Below, one piece after another: positions 1 through 9,349 of a stretch of DNA of 64,000 nucleotides. Under the pieces are notes generated by a model that did not search any database, had not been told where the DNA came from, and worked only from the letters and a program-made list of their open reading frames with translations. Each line of letters opens with the position of its first letter. Positions within the stretch are counted from its first letter, which is position 1. The DNA is taken from the IMG/VR virus record IMGVR_UViG_3300049570_000094. The stretch is one strand, 5' to 3'. The DNA is from an uncultured virus (IMG/VR IMGVR_UViG_3300049570_000094). Taxonomy: Duplodnaviria > Heunggongvirae > Uroviricota > Caudoviricetes. A program made the translations under genes and the position numbers.

Positions 1-2
1 AA

Positions 3-140
3 TTCACTTACATCGGCGAAGTTTGCGAATATCTGGATCGTCTACAAGTTCTGGAACAACCGCCGGAATTGGAGGAATTGTTCAAGGCGTATTTCCTGCG
101 TGAAACCGGGAAGGAATTGAGCGAATTCATTGAAGTCTAA
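3..140 (+). CDS. 3' end of a hypothetical protein (5'-truncated by the window)
   Basis: Open frame FTYIGEV...EFIEV ending TAA at 138-140. Confidence 0.6.
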   Translation, partial: FTYIGEVCEYLDRLQVLEQPPELEELFKAYFLRETGKELSEFIEV

Positions 141-159
141 TTACACTGTAATAAGGAGG
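138..159 (+). promoter_or_regulatory. SD-linked palindrome, copy 1
   Basis: TAATTAC-ACT-GTAATAA then GGAGG; ATG at 167. Confidence 0.8.
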
Positions 160-166
160 AAGCGGC

Positions 167-364
167 ATGAAAGGGTTTACGTATTCAAAACGTCGAAGGT
201 TTGGGGGAGGCTATACGAATAAAACGCGGCATGGAGTTGCGCTGGTTAACCCGTATCTTCGAAACAAAAGATCGTCAACTTCTTATCGGAAAGGATCGCC
301 GACGCCGCATCTGGATCGCGCTCTAAAGCAAATTTCTCGCGGCGGTAATTGGGAACTGAGCTAA
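167..364 (+). CDS. Small basic hypothetical protein
   Basis: Strong SD AAGGAGG; 65 aa. Confidence 0.7.
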   Translation: MKGFTYSKRRRFGGGYTNKTRHGVALVNPYLRNKRSSTSYRKGSPTPHLDRALKQISRGGNWELS

Positions 365-383
365 TTACAACGTAATAAAGGAG
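362..383 (+). promoter_or_regulatory. SD-linked palindrome, copy 2
   Basis: TAATTAC-AAC-GTAATAA-AGGAG; ATG at 391. Confidence 0.8.
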
Positions 384-390
384 ACATGAA

Positions 391-621
391 ATGTCCAGAA
401 TATTTTTTATGTTTTTGTGGTTCTGCTTGCTCATGCAGGCGTTGTTTTTAATTCTGCTGAATCCAACAGACGTTGGTTATCTGCTTTTGTTTTTGCCTGC
501 TGTCTTTTTCTTTTTGGCGACACAAACGGCCACAGTGGGTTTCCTGATTAAGAAAGATGCGGAAGAACGGGAGAAGGAAAATGCAGGATCAAGTGACGAC
601 GAGCGGGACAAATCTGCGTAA
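391..621 (+). CDS. Small membrane protein (two hydrophobic helices, charged tail)
   Basis: SD AGGAG; two long hydrophobic stretches. Confidence 0.75.
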   Translation: MSRIFFMFLWFCLLMQALFLILLNPTDVGYLLLFLPAVFFFLATQTATVGFLIKKDAEEREKENAGSSDDERDKSA

Positions 622-763
622 ATTCGCGGAGCGAGTGTTTGATTGCGCATGGAAATTGGCGATCAAACAGGCAATAAAGCAGGTGGAAGGCGGGGAGCCT
701 TTGTCATCGGGCGAATATGTTGTGCTGCGAGCAAAGGCGCTGGCAGGTTTTAAGTTTGTTTGA
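581..763 (+). CDS. Hypothetical protein
   Basis: ATG 581 after GGAGAAGGA. Confidence 0.6.
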   Translation: MQDQVTTSGTNLRKFAERVFDCAWKLAIKQAIKQVEGGEPLSSGEYVVLRAKALAGFKFV

Positions 764-768
764 TGATT

Positions 769-792
769 AAATTATCGAGTAATAAACGGAGG
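769..792 (+). promoter_or_regulatory. SD-linked palindrome, copy 3 (T.G wobble variant)
   Basis: AAATTAT-CGA-GTAATAA-AC-GGAGG; ATG at 799. Confidence 0.7.
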
Positions 793-798
793 ATTATT

Positions 799-1176
799 AT
801 GAATGCAGACAAACTTGTAAATTCACAGAAAGTGAACGTAGCCCTTCTTACTCAGGTTCGGGATTGGCTAGCTAAAGGAGGGCAGCAGCTAAAAACGCCG
901 TTTGGTAGTCGGGATTTTGATTATCAAATATGGGATTGCGGGACGCATTGTTGCGTCGGCGGAGCCTTGGGTTTACTCGCGGGTAAGCAACCAAGGGATA
1001 GCGCGCACGTAGCGAGAGCGGTCGGTCTTGACGCGGAGCTAGCAGAGGCTTTGTTCTATCCGGGAGAAGTGATTACAGGATCAGGGAAACCCGCATACCT
1101 TCTCTCTGCACAAGAAGTAGCGAAATTATTGACAGGGCTTATCGAACGTAACGTTCTCGATTTTGGCTTGGTCTGA
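799..1176 (+). CDS. Hypothetical protein with CGTHCCVGG motif
   Basis: SD GGAGG at 788-792. Confidence 0.75.
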   Translation: MNADKLVNSQKVNVALLTQVRDWLAKGGQQLKTPFGSRDFDYQIWDCGTHCCVGGALGLLAGKQPRDSAHVARAVGLDAELAEALFYPGEVITGSGKPAYLLSAQEVAKLLTGLIERNVLDFGLV

Positions 1177-1189
1177 AATTTCCTTCATC

Positions 1190-1213
1190 TAATTACCTTG
1201 TAATTAACCGGAG
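1190..1213 (+). promoter_or_regulatory. SD-linked palindrome, copy 4 (perfect 7-bp inverted repeat)
   Basis: TAATTAC-CTT-GTAATTA-ACC-GGAG; ATG at 1221. Confidence 0.8.
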
Positions 1214-1220
1214 AAATCAA

Positions 1221-1472
1221 ATGAACCACAAGACCATCGCAATGCTCGTTGTCGGTATCGCCTTCAATGCCAAGGCGCTCACGCTGGAAGGCGGTTACGC
1301 AATCACGGATGGCGGCAAGCGCGTACACTTCGAACCGGCGCAGATCGTCAAGCAGAAGCGCGCTCCCGATGGCCGCTGCACGTATGCGCTGGCGAAATTC
1401 AGCGACGGATCGAAGGTGGAATTTCGCTGGAATGCGAAGGATCGTGCGCCGACGTATCGGAGCATGTCGTGA
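1221..1472 (+). CDS. Small exported protein (signal-peptide-like N-terminus)
   Basis: MNHKTIAMLVVGIAFNAKA has an A-x-A cleavage pattern. Confidence 0.7.
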   Translation: MNHKTIAMLVVGIAFNAKALTLEGGYAITDGGKRVHFEPAQIVKQKRAPDGRCTYALAKFSDGSKVEFRWNAKDRAPTYRSMS

Positions 1473-1747
1473 ACGAGCAAGTATTCGTCCATTTTACGGG
1501 CGCGTACGGCAAACGATTTTTCCGTTGCACCGATCAATTCCGGGAGCCGAAGAAAGGCGAGTGGTATTTATCCGGAGGAATTATCGAAGCATGGGAAGCG
1601 CCGTGCGATCTTTCAACGAAATACTGGATTGCAGAGGAAATCCAGCAGCCGCCTCCGGAATTCGTGATGCTGCACGGAATGCGGTACCGGCGCGACGATG
1701 GTTATCATCACGAGCGGATTAACCGGAAGCACGGGAGAACAGCATGA
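1469..1747 (+). CDS. Hypothetical protein
   Basis: GTGA overlap with upstream stop; GGAG upstream. Confidence 0.7.
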   Translation: MNEQVFVHFTGAYGKRFFRCTDQFREPKKGEWYLSGGIIEAWEAPCDLSTKYWIAEEIQQPPPEFVMLHGMRYRRDDGYHHERINRKHGRTA

Positions 1748-1881
1748 AAACTTACGGCAATAAATGGATGAAAAGTTTTCTTCGCAATAATCCGCAAGTA
1801 GCTGCTTATTTGCGTGCAAAGGATCGCAGCACAGCGCGGCAAAAAGCTGAGCGAGCTGCGCGGAGAATTGCAAATGTCTAG
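1744..1881 (+). CDS. Small basic protein, 45 aa (not in the ORF track)
   Basis: GGAGA SD, ATGA overlap; MKTYGNKW...RIANV*. Confidence 0.65.
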   Translation: MKTYGNKWMKSFLRNNPQVAAYLRAKDRSTARQKAERAARRIANV

Positions 1882-2107
1882 CGTGCGCAAATATGCAGCC
1901 GAACACGGCTATATCAAGAACGAGCAAGGCTTCAATGCTCATCCGCCAAAGGAGGCCGAAGGAAAGAACGTAGATATACTGTTGACCGGGACGATGATCG
2001 AGCATCCCGAAGGATTCGAAATTAAACACAATCAGAATCCGCACGAATGGGACTGGCAGGATCAGCGCGGAGTGAATGTCGAATATTGGAGGATCAGCCG
2101 TGGCTAG
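1874..2107 (+). CDS. Hypothetical protein
   Basis: GGAG SD before ATG 1874. Confidence 0.65.
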   Translation: MSSVRKYAAEHGYIKNEQGFNAHPPKEAEGKNVDILLTGTMIEHPEGFEIKHNQNPHEWDWQDQRGVNVEYWRISRG

Positions 2108-2630
2108 ATGCGATCGCGTTTCTTTCGTCGGCAATTTCCGTTGCGACCGAAAGGCCGAGAAGAACGGGCGCTGCAAGGTGCATAACTATCCGCAGCACAA
2201 GAACGCTCCCAAATACGATCCAAATAAGGAGCCAACGCGAAAGGACGAAACAACGGAGGCTTTGAAGAAGCCTGTCACCGTGGCCGTGGGCGACATTCCG
2301 GCCGAACCCGAGCCGAAACTTCCCATGCACGTTGACGATTGGCTGGACAAAATCGAGTTCGGCTATTCGCGCGGTGAAATGCTGGCGCGCGTGTTCATCG
2401 AATTCTTCCGTATGCCTGCATGGAAGAAGGCGAATTACGCGCCGTTTCTCGCTGGCTTCAAGGTGCTTTGCAATTACAAAGGCGAGAAAATGCGGCTTAT
2501 CGGTGCGTCGCGCATGGGAGACGTGTGGTTGACTCGCGACTGGAACCGTGATTGTGGTTACGATCTGCGTGTGAACGTAGAGGACTGCACGGATTTCAGT
2601 GGAACCTTCTTTGGCAAGGAGATTGTGTAA
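2100..2630 (+). CDS. Hypothetical protein with N-terminal C/C/C/H Zn-binding-like motif
   Basis: GGAGG before GTG 2100; C..C..CxxH; GASRMGDVWL motif. Confidence 0.7.
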   Translation: MARCDRVSFVGNFRCDRKAEKNGRCKVHNYPQHKNAPKYDPNKEPTRKDETTEALKKPVTVAVGDIPAEPEPKLPMHVDDWLDKIEFGYSRGEMLARVFIEFFRMPAWKKANYAPFLAGFKVLCNYKGEKMRLIGASRMGDVWLTRDWNRDCGYDLRVNVEDCTDFSGTFFGKEIV

Positions 2631-2696
2631 CGGAGGAATGGAGAGCAAAATAAAAGTCGTAAAGTAATTTACCTACCAATAATCAAGGAGCACATC

Positions 2697-3395
2697 ATGC
2701 AATCGTATGAACAAGCTGCCGTAAAACTCGGCAATCGTGATTCGCGCAAGCTGGCAAATCACACTTACGTCCAGCGTCGGGGCGAAGATATTGCGGTGCG
2801 TCTGCACGCAACCGACGTGGTGCTGTATCACAAGGACGGAACGATCACGCTCAATTCGGGCGGCTGGCGCACGCCGACGACAAAGGCGCGCATCAATGCG
2901 TACATTCCGGGCCGAGGACTGCACCAGAAAAATTCGCTGTGGTATTTCAGCGATGGCGATATCTTCGAGGACGGAATCCGAATCGATCAAAGCGGCTATC
3001 CGTTTCATTCCGTTATTTCCGGCGAAGGAATGCCGACGCGCAAAGCGCAGATCGAAGCCGAAATGCGCATGAAGAAAAAGCGTGTCAAGGAATACATCGA
3101 CGGATTCTGCGAGCACATCACGCAAGGAAAGCTGACGCTCCCCGGTGGCGGCGATTGCTGGTACTGCCTGATGTTCGAAAAGGCCGGGCAGTCGAGCGAC
3201 GATCACATTCGCAATCACATGAGCGAAGAGGAAAAGTATTACGTGCCCTCGCTTCTTTTCAACGCGATCAAGGCGAAGGGATTCTCGCAACCGGAATTCA
3301 CATTCCAGATGATTATGGAGGACGGCAAGCGCGGCAAGTTGTACTGGAATGTGCGTCGCGTTCTTCGCGACTATCTGATGAAAAGAGATGTTTGA
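2697..3395 (+). CDS. Conserved-type phage hypothetical protein (LNSGGWRTPTTKARIN)
   Basis: AAGGAG SD; 232 aa; degenerate palindrome at about 2665-2683. Confidence 0.8.
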   Translation: MQSYEQAAVKLGNRDSRKLANHTYVQRRGEDIAVRLHATDVVLYHKDGTITLNSGGWRTPTTKARINAYIPGRGLHQKNSLWYFSDGDIFEDGIRIDQSGYPFHSVISGEGMPTRKAQIEAEMRMKKKRVKEYIDGFCEHITQGKLTLPGGGDCWYCLMFEKAGQSSDDHIRNHMSEEEKYYVPSLLFNAIKAKGFSQPEFTFQMIMEDGKRGKLYWNVRRVLRDYLMKRDV

Positions 3396-3444
3396 AAACG
3401 GTTAGGTGTGCTTTGAAAAGAGTGCGGTTCATTTAGGAGGGCAA

Positions 3445-4554
3445 ATGATTTACGCGGAATTCGACTGCACCCGCTCGCGTGGCGGCATGGGTTTTCTTTT
3501 GGGTTCCTCCAATGGAGCGTTGAAGCTGCGCGGTAAATCGTATGCGAGTGAAACGGGATCGGGATTCATCTGCACGCATGACATGATGGAACATTGTGCG
3601 GAGGATGAAGGAAAGATCGAAAACGAATTCCGTGCGCTCGGGAGCGCGCCGTGGATTCGTGGAGGGATATACAGGAATTTGTTCAGTCCTGAGAGTTCGC
3701 TGTTTCATGCAACAGGTCACGATATCGGAACGACGCTGGAATCGTATTGCAACCTTGAGAAAGGAATTCCGCCCCCGCCTGAATTCGATGCGAATTGGAC
3801 GAATGAAGAAACGATTATGTGGGAGCAAATTTGGTCGGCTGCGGAGGATAATTGCCATAATATTCGTGTCCGTGAAAAGTGGCTGCCGTGCGCGATGCTG
3901 TGGGCGAAGCACGGCTACCGTCGCGCGCAGGAACGCTATCCGAATCGTAAGGCCGCGATTCGTGTATTTATCGAATTGCAGGATTTCTTCGAAACGGTGC
4001 TGTTCAATTGCAAGTCCGGCTGGTCATTGCTTGTCGCTGTTGACGAGCAAGCCGGAGAATTCGATTCGCAATTGATCTTCGATGAAGTGCCGAAGGGTGA
4101 AACGGAATTCGAAGTTCGCAACGAATCGGCACTGATGACGATTTCTCGCTATCGTCACTGGAAGCATCAGGAAGATGAAGCGCGGCTGTTGCGAAACAAC
4201 GATCAAGTGGCGAGGACATTCGAAATGTCTAAGGTCACATTTGGTAAGGCGGCGCAGGTGATGACGTTCGCAGATACCGACATAGATGCAATGCGGTGTC
4301 CGGTAGAGGAAATCATCGACAAGTATTACGAAATGATGAAGAAGCAATGGAAGGCAGGCAAAAAAGTATTTCCTGATGACGCGGATGTGTTCGACGCGAA
4401 CACTTTCTTTAACCGCGCATACCGGATGACACCGAACATACAGCGGATTCCGAAAAGCGAAGCGAAAAGGCTGTGGCAGAATTGGCAGCCGCAACGCAAG
4501 GCATTCGAATATCTGAATTATCCGGTCATGAAGAGGATGAGACATGCACATTGA
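3445..4554 (+). CDS. Hypothetical protein (HDxxEH possible metal-binding motif)
   Basis: AGGAGG SD; long ORF. Confidence 0.8.
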   Translation: MIYAEFDCTRSRGGMGFLLGSSNGALKLRGKSYASETGSGFICTHDMMEHCAEDEGKIENEFRALGSAPWIRGGIYRNLFSPESSLFHATGHDIGTTLESYCNLEKGIPPPPEFDANWTNEETIMWEQIWSAAEDNCHNIRVREKWLPCAMLWAKHGYRRAQERYPNRKAAIRVFIELQDFFETVLFNCKSGWSLLVAVDEQAGEFDSQLIFDEVPKGETEFEVRNESALMTISRYRHWKHQEDEARLLRNNDQVARTFEMSKVTFGKAAQVMTFADTDIDAMRCPVEEIIDKYYEMMKKQWKAGKKVFPDDADVFDANTFFNRAYRMTPNIQRIPKSEAKRLWQNWQPQRKAFEYLNYPVMKRMRHAH

Positions 4555-4579
4555 TGAAGCGAGAAAGGAGGAGACGTGC

Positions 4580-4954
4580 ATGCACGTGAAACTTTGGCTG
4601 GATGATATTCGTCCAGCTCCCGCCGGTTGGCGATGGGTGAAAACGGTCGAGGAAGCGCAAGCATTTCTCGTCCGAGGAAATGTCACACATGCGTCATTGG
4701 ATCACGATTTGGGAGCGTGCGCTGAGTGCATGCGTGGCCGAACGCCGGAGCAATGGCTAACTGAATTCAAGTTTGAGCAGATGCCGAATTGCGAGCATTT
4801 CGGTACTGGCTACACGCTCGTTTGCTGGATGGAGAAAAACGACATCTGGCCGTCTGAAATGTGCGTTGTGCATTCTCGTAATCCCGCGGGCCGCTTGCGC
4901 ATGATGCAGGTGATTACGAAGAAGTTCTATCAAGGCGGTCGAGTCAAGGCGTAA
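4580..4954 (+). CDS. Cyclic-phosphate-processing receiver-like domain protein
   Basis: LWLDDIRPAP, SLDHDLG, GTGY and HSRNPAG motifs typical of this stand-alone receiver-fold family. Confidence 0.8.
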   Translation: MHVKLWLDDIRPAPAGWRWVKTVEEAQAFLVRGNVTHASLDHDLGACAECMRGRTPEQWLTEFKFEQMPNCEHFGTGYTLVCWMEKNDIWPSEMCVVHSRNPAGRLRMMQVITKKFYQGGRVKA

Positions 4955-4973
4955 TTACCAACGTAATAAGGAG
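4952..4973 (+). promoter_or_regulatory. SD-linked palindrome, copy 5
   Basis: TAATTAC-CAAC-GTAATAA-GGAG; ATG at 4981. Confidence 0.8.
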
Positions 4974-4980
4974 ATTCCAA

Positions 4981-5601
4981 ATGCAACAGATTACGATTGA
5001 CGTGTATTCGTTCGATGAGTTGGACGAACAAGCCAAGGACGTTGCACGCAATCACATGCGAAACGGTTACGGACCGTGTGATTGTGATTTCGAGCAAACA
5101 ACGGAGGATGCCAAGGAAGTAATGAAACTGCTCGGCTTTGAAGAAGCGAGTGAAATTGTTTGGTCCGGCTTCGGATCGCAAGGCGATGGTGCTTCCATTG
5201 AAGGAAGTTGGTGGGCGAAGAATTGCCAGTTCGGCAAGGTTGCTGAGCACGCGCCGAAAGATTCAGAGTTGAAGAATATCGCTGTAGATTTCGAAGCGTT
5301 CGCAAAGAAATATCCGACTGCGAACGTCAATCTTGGACGCGGCAATAATCGTTACTGCCATGAACATTCCGTGACGCTTGAAGTGATTATGGAATGGGAA
5401 GGAAACGAAAACGTTTTCGGGTCTGAGACGGATCAGTTCAAGGAAATTACCAAGCCGATCGTTGCTTTGATGCGCTGGATTTATCGGCAGCTTGAAGCAG
5501 CGAACGATTACTGGTATTCGCAGGAGAATATCGACGCACTCCTGAGTGCCTTCACCTTTACGAAGGGAGGCTTGCGGAGCGTATCGCTCCCCAATAACTG
5601 A
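4981..5601 (+). CDS. Conserved phage/plasmid hypothetical protein (VYSFDEL...WSGFGSQGDGAS)
   Basis: SD; recognisable family motifs, function unknown. Confidence 0.8.
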   Translation: MQQITIDVYSFDELDEQAKDVARNHMRNGYGPCDCDFEQTTEDAKEVMKLLGFEEASEIVWSGFGSQGDGASIEGSWWAKNCQFGKVAEHAPKDSELKNIAVDFEAFAKKYPTANVNLGRGNNRYCHEHSVTLEVIMEWEGNENVFGSETDQFKEITKPIVALMRWIYRQLEAANDYWYSQENIDALLSAFTFTKGGLRSVSLPNN

Positions 5602-5603
5602 CC

Positions 5604-5894
5604 ATGATAAAGGTTCGCGAACTGAAAACGGTTTTCAATCATTGCTTCGGAGTGCAATACGCCGTGCGAATTAGCCAAGTCGCTGCGATGAAAATCTGTG
5701 GCGCTAAAGGCATTCGTCTGCCAAGGATGGGATACGAAACCAAGATCGCCAAGAAGAGGATGAACCCGGATTGGGAAGTCAATCTCTATCTGGAAAATTG
5801 CTCAGGCGATTTCTTCCTGACGTGCGCGCAGATGCCGCGTGATAAATGGGCCGAGTTATTTGACTGTCATGTGCAGGAGAGAAAGCATGATTAA
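5604..5894 (+). CDS. Hypothetical protein
   Basis: Tiles tightly with neighbours. Confidence 0.65.
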   Translation: MIKVRELKTVFNHCFGVQYAVRISQVAAMKICGAKGIRLPRMGYETKIAKKRMNPDWEVNLYLENCSGDFFLTCAQMPRDKWAELFDCHVQERKHD

Positions 5895-6093
5895 GAGCGC
5901 GAAAATACTTGTTCTCGATAAGGACGAGAACGTGCTTGAAGAATATAGCCCGTATCTAACTCCGCGTGCCAAGAAAACAGAAGCATCCGCGCTTCGTGCT
6001 ATAGCCGGGTTCGCTTTGACTTCGATATTGATCGACTTTCCAAGCAATTGGAACAAGATCGAAATCGAGCTGACCAAAGGAGAACCACAATGA
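5887..6093 (+). CDS. Hypothetical protein
   Basis: AGGAG before ATG 5887. Confidence 0.7.
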   Translation: MIKSAKILVLDKDENVLEEYSPYLTPRAKKTEASALRAIAGFALTSILIDFPSNWNKIEIELTKGEPQ

Positions 6094-6296
6094 TTACGGG
6101 CACGCATCATTTCATCAGCCGCAAGGCTGCGGAGAAATATTACGAGTTCACCGGCGATCCGAAAGCGTATGTAGCCGAGGCAATCGCTTCGGGCCGGATC
6201 GAAATAGGTGAGCCCAAAGTTGATCGCCTGCGTCAGACATTGGAAGTTGACGCTGACGGCCGATATCAAATCCGTGATTTGAAATACCGTATGTAG
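6090..6296 (+). CDS. Hypothetical protein
   Basis: AAGGAG SD, ATGA overlap. Confidence 0.7.
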   Translation: MITGTHHFISRKAAEKYYEFTGDPKAYVAEAIASGRIEIGEPKVDRLRQTLEVDADGRYQIRDLKYRM

Positions 6297-6306
6297 GAGG
6301 ACGTGC

Positions 6307-6591
6307 ATGATTGACAATATCGTTGGCTTGTTCGATCGGAAAACAAAGAAGGAGGACAAGCCGGAATACGTTGCATTTCTCGGCGAGATTGACGACGGCA
6401 GAAATGAAATAGAGTTTGAGATTCACGCCGTCGCAGCTCCCAATGCAACGCGCTATACGATCTGCGATTTGCCGTTTACTGTGGAACATACGACAAAGGT
6501 TTTTCCGCTCGGACATACGGATCAGGAAGTCCGGCAATGGGCCAAGGATGAAATACAGCGGCATGTGAAGTGCCGTGTCACAATCGTTTAG
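6307..6591 (+). CDS. Hypothetical protein
   Basis: AGGAGG SD. Confidence 0.75.
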   Translation: MIDNIVGLFDRKTKKEDKPEYVAFLGEIDDGRNEIEFEIHAVAAPNATRYTICDLPFTVEHTTKVFPLGHTDQEVRQWAKDEIQRHVKCRVTIV

Positions 6592-6603
6592 GAGAATAGG
6601 CAG

Positions 6604-7023
6604 ATGCAAAATACAACCACAGTTGCAGCAGCAATCTCCGACGCTGTAATGGCGCGGAGTAATTGCATGAAAAACGGCAACAAGGAATGGCAGTCTCGTT
6701 GGGAGCAACGACTGTCACAGTTGCAGGATTGTTTGCCGAGCGGAAGCGGCGTGGATTTGGGAACGAAAATTGGATGGCACGTTGCAAAGGCGAGTTCCAA
6801 TCTCGTTTTCCAAATGGACTTCCATCACATGACCGGCGACGGCGTGTATGACGGATGGACCGAACATATGGTTTACGTCACTGCTACGTTCGGAAAATCT
6901 TTCGATATGCGATGCACCGGGCGTGACAGAAACAATATCAAGGATCATTTGTGCGAAATGCTGGCAACAGCTCTACGCGCAGAAGCGCCGCCGTATCCTT
7001 GGGATAAATCGGAGGCGTTATGA
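6604..7023 (+). CDS. Conserved phage hypothetical protein (LPSGSG...FHHM...YDGWTEH)
   Basis: AGGAG SD; family-like motifs. Confidence 0.8.
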   Translation: MQNTTTVAAAISDAVMARSNCMKNGNKEWQSRWEQRLSQLQDCLPSGSGVDLGTKIGWHVAKASSNLVFQMDFHHMTGDGVYDGWTEHMVYVTATFGKSFDMRCTGRDRNNIKDHLCEMLATALRAEAPPYPWDKSEAL

Positions 7024-7442
7024 GTCGCCGGGCAATGTCGCTGTTTGAATATCGCAAGGATTGCGATCGTAAACCGCGACGATTCAATTACACGCCGAAG
7101 ATCACCGTTTCAATTCCGCAGTTCAAGGAACGATTTAAGTATTCGTCGGCCGAGCACGAGCAATTTGCTCGTGACTGCCTGAGCCAGTATGCTTTTTGTA
7201 AGAAAGCGTGGGCGAGGGAGCATGCCGCAGCGACTTCGCAGTACGGCAGCACGCCTACGCTTATTTCTGGAATTGGCTACGCGGGACTCGCTCCCGATAA
7301 TGTAAAGGACAGGTTGCGCATGTATTCGCGCGACGCAGCGACATGGGCCAAAGCGTCGGAGGCTCACTGGCGCGCAGCGGGAAGACTGAAACCGACGTGG
7401 CTAAAACTCTTTAACGAAACAAAGGAGTCTCTAGAGATATGA
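7020..7442 (+). CDS. Hypothetical protein
   Basis: GGAGG SD, ATGA overlap. Confidence 0.7.
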   Translation: MSRRAMSLFEYRKDCDRKPRRFNYTPKITVSIPQFKERFKYSSAEHEQFARDCLSQYAFCKKAWAREHAAATSQYGSTPTLISGIGYAGLAPDNVKDRLRMYSRDAATWAKASEAHWRAAGRLKPTWLKLFNETKESLEI

Positions 7443-7744
7443 GCGATTTTGTGGAAGGTCAGAAGCACATGGCGAAAATGATTCTCGAAATGCTGCGTAA
7501 GCGTCCGTTGGACGAGGAACGCGGTGTTGCGGAGAACAAGATTCAGAACATGATCGAGAATTTCAACGCACTTCCGGATGATCGGCCGGTTGTGGGTTTT
7601 GTTCGATTGTTCCGTGGCATTCCCGATCTGGAACGGAGGGAATCGTGTTTCGCCGGTACGGCGGATGAAGTGATGAAGGAATTTGCGAAGAACAATCAGA
7701 CTCCTACGGGTCCGGTGTTCACTGCAATTCCTGTGTACCGTTAA
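7439..7744 (+). CDS. Hypothetical protein
   Basis: ATGA overlap. Confidence 0.7.
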   Translation: MSDFVEGQKHMAKMILEMLRKRPLDEERGVAENKIQNMIENFNALPDDRPVVGFVRLFRGIPDLERRESCFAGTADEVMKEFAKNNQTPTGPVFTAIPVYR

Positions 7745-7749
7745 TTCCT

Positions 7750-7769
7750 CAATTACCATGTAATAGGAG
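7750..7769 (+). promoter_or_regulatory. SD-linked palindrome, copy 6
   Basis: CAATTAC-CAT-GTAATA-GGAG; ATG at 7776. Confidence 0.75.
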
Positions 7770-7775
7770 AAATTT

Positions 7776-8174
7776 ATGAAGGCTTCTTTTTCGTCTCTGT
7801 CTGTTATTCTGGCTCTTGCTGTTGTTGGTTGCGCGTCTCTGCCGGTTCCGGCTGATGCGTCGGAGTTTCGTATCACTCATCTGAGCGGCGGCTACGAAGA
7901 TTATTTCGGTGAATTCGTGCAGCTCAATATCGGCACGTCGTGCGGAGGCGGCGGTGGCGTGGAATTTCATTTCACGAGCGAGCAGCATCAGGACGGCATG
8001 AATAGCAAGATGCGTCCGGCTCAGATTTCCAGTGTCCCGAAGGGATGCACATACGGCAATTGGGAAATCTCGCTGTACTCGGAGGACACCGGGTATTTCT
8101 ACGAGCAGTTTCCGTGTTATGCGTGGTACTCGCTTGGAGCGGACACGCTTGAGTTGACTTGCACCACGTACTAA
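7776..8174 (+). CDS. Putative lipoprotein or exported Cys-containing protein
   Basis: Hydrophobic signal with lipobox-like VVGC; four further Cys. Confidence 0.7.
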   Translation: MKASFSSLSVILALAVVGCASLPVPADASEFRITHLSGGYEDYFGEFVQLNIGTSCGGGGGVEFHFTSEQHQDGMNSKMRPAQISSVPKGCTYGNWEISLYSEDTGYFYEQFPCYAWYSLGADTLELTCTTY

Positions 8175-8235
8175 GCGCTGTGTAGTTGCCGAAACGAAGA
8201 ACCCATTTCCATTAACCGTGTAAGGAGCTAACGAT

Positions 8236-9345
8236 ATGGAACTTATGCAGGCGAGCAAGCAGTGGTCGTCGCGTCCGGAAGATGAGCGTTTTCTGACGCT
8301 GCCGGATATGTTGAAGCATTTTCAGGACGTGTACGATTGTTCGCGTGCGATGACGGAATCCTCGCGCAAGATCAATCTCATTCCGCTGGATAACGACAAG
8401 TCGCACAAGGCAATGGTTGTGCAGGCGGGGAAATACGAACAGCAGGTTTGTCCGACGCATTGGGCGTTCGGACAGTTGGCGACGCTGGCGGGAGCGCCCG
8501 CTGGATACTTGCGGAAGCTCCCGGCTCCGATTGCTGCGGACAATCTGAATTACGGAATGAAATTCCTGCGCGACGTGGAGGATGTTGGAATTCTCCTGCA
8601 CGAAGGCAAGGAAATTGTCACTATGCGTGCGGCTACTGGCAGCCGTTACGGCCGTATCTGGAACAAGGATATTCTGTCGGGCATGGTGCGCTTGTTCGGT
8701 GACGGCGTTTCCGGTGATTGGAAAGTGCCGGGCGAATGGGGCAAGGACGTTGTTGTGAACGAACGTAATACGACGTTGTTTGCGTCGGATCAGGATATGT
8801 TCGTTTTTCTTGCGGACGAGAAGCACAAGATCGAAGTGCCGGGGCGTCGCGATGGAAAGTCCGGGCTCATGTCACGCGGCTTCTTTATCTGGAATTCGGA
8901 AGTCGGTGATTGTACGTTCGGTATTTCGACGTTTCTTTTTGATTTTGTCTGTGGCAACAGAATTGTCTGGAATGCTCAGAATGTGAAGGAAATTCGTATT
9001 CGGCACACGGCTGGTGCTCCGGATCGGTTCTTGGAGCAGTTGCAGCCTGCGCTTAATTCGTATGCGAACGGTTCGGACTCGAATATTCTGGAAGCGATTG
9101 AGTCTGCGCGCGCAAAGCGCATCGGAAAGGATTCTGAGGAAGTAGCAGAATTTCTTGCGAATCGTTTTACCAAGTCGCAGACCACTGCAATGATGAAGGC
9201 GCACGAAATTGAAGAGGGTCGTCCGGTCGAGACTCTTTGGGATGCTGCTACGGCGGCGACGGCCTTTGCGCGTTCGATTCCGAATCAGAATAATCGGGTT
9301 GAAGTCGAGCGTGAAGCGGGCAAGATTCTGGAATTGGCGAAGTAA
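8236..9345 (+). CDS. DUF932/DUF945-like phage protein
   Basis: GFFIWNSEVG, FVCGNRIV and IRIRHT motifs. Confidence 0.8.
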   Translation: MELMQASKQWSSRPEDERFLTLPDMLKHFQDVYDCSRAMTESSRKINLIPLDNDKSHKAMVVQAGKYEQQVCPTHWAFGQLATLAGAPAGYLRKLPAPIAADNLNYGMKFLRDVEDVGILLHEGKEIVTMRAATGSRYGRIWNKDILSGMVRLFGDGVSGDWKVPGEWGKDVVVNERNTTLFASDQDMFVFLADEKHKIEVPGRRDGKSGLMSRGFFIWNSEVGDCTFGISTFLFDFVCGNRIVWNAQNVKEIRIRHTAGAPDRFLEQLQPALNSYANGSDSNILEAIESARAKRIGKDSEEVAEFLANRFTKSQTTAMMKAHEIEEGRPVETLWDAATAATAFARSIPNQNNRVEVEREAGKILELAK

Positions 9346-9349
9346 TTTC

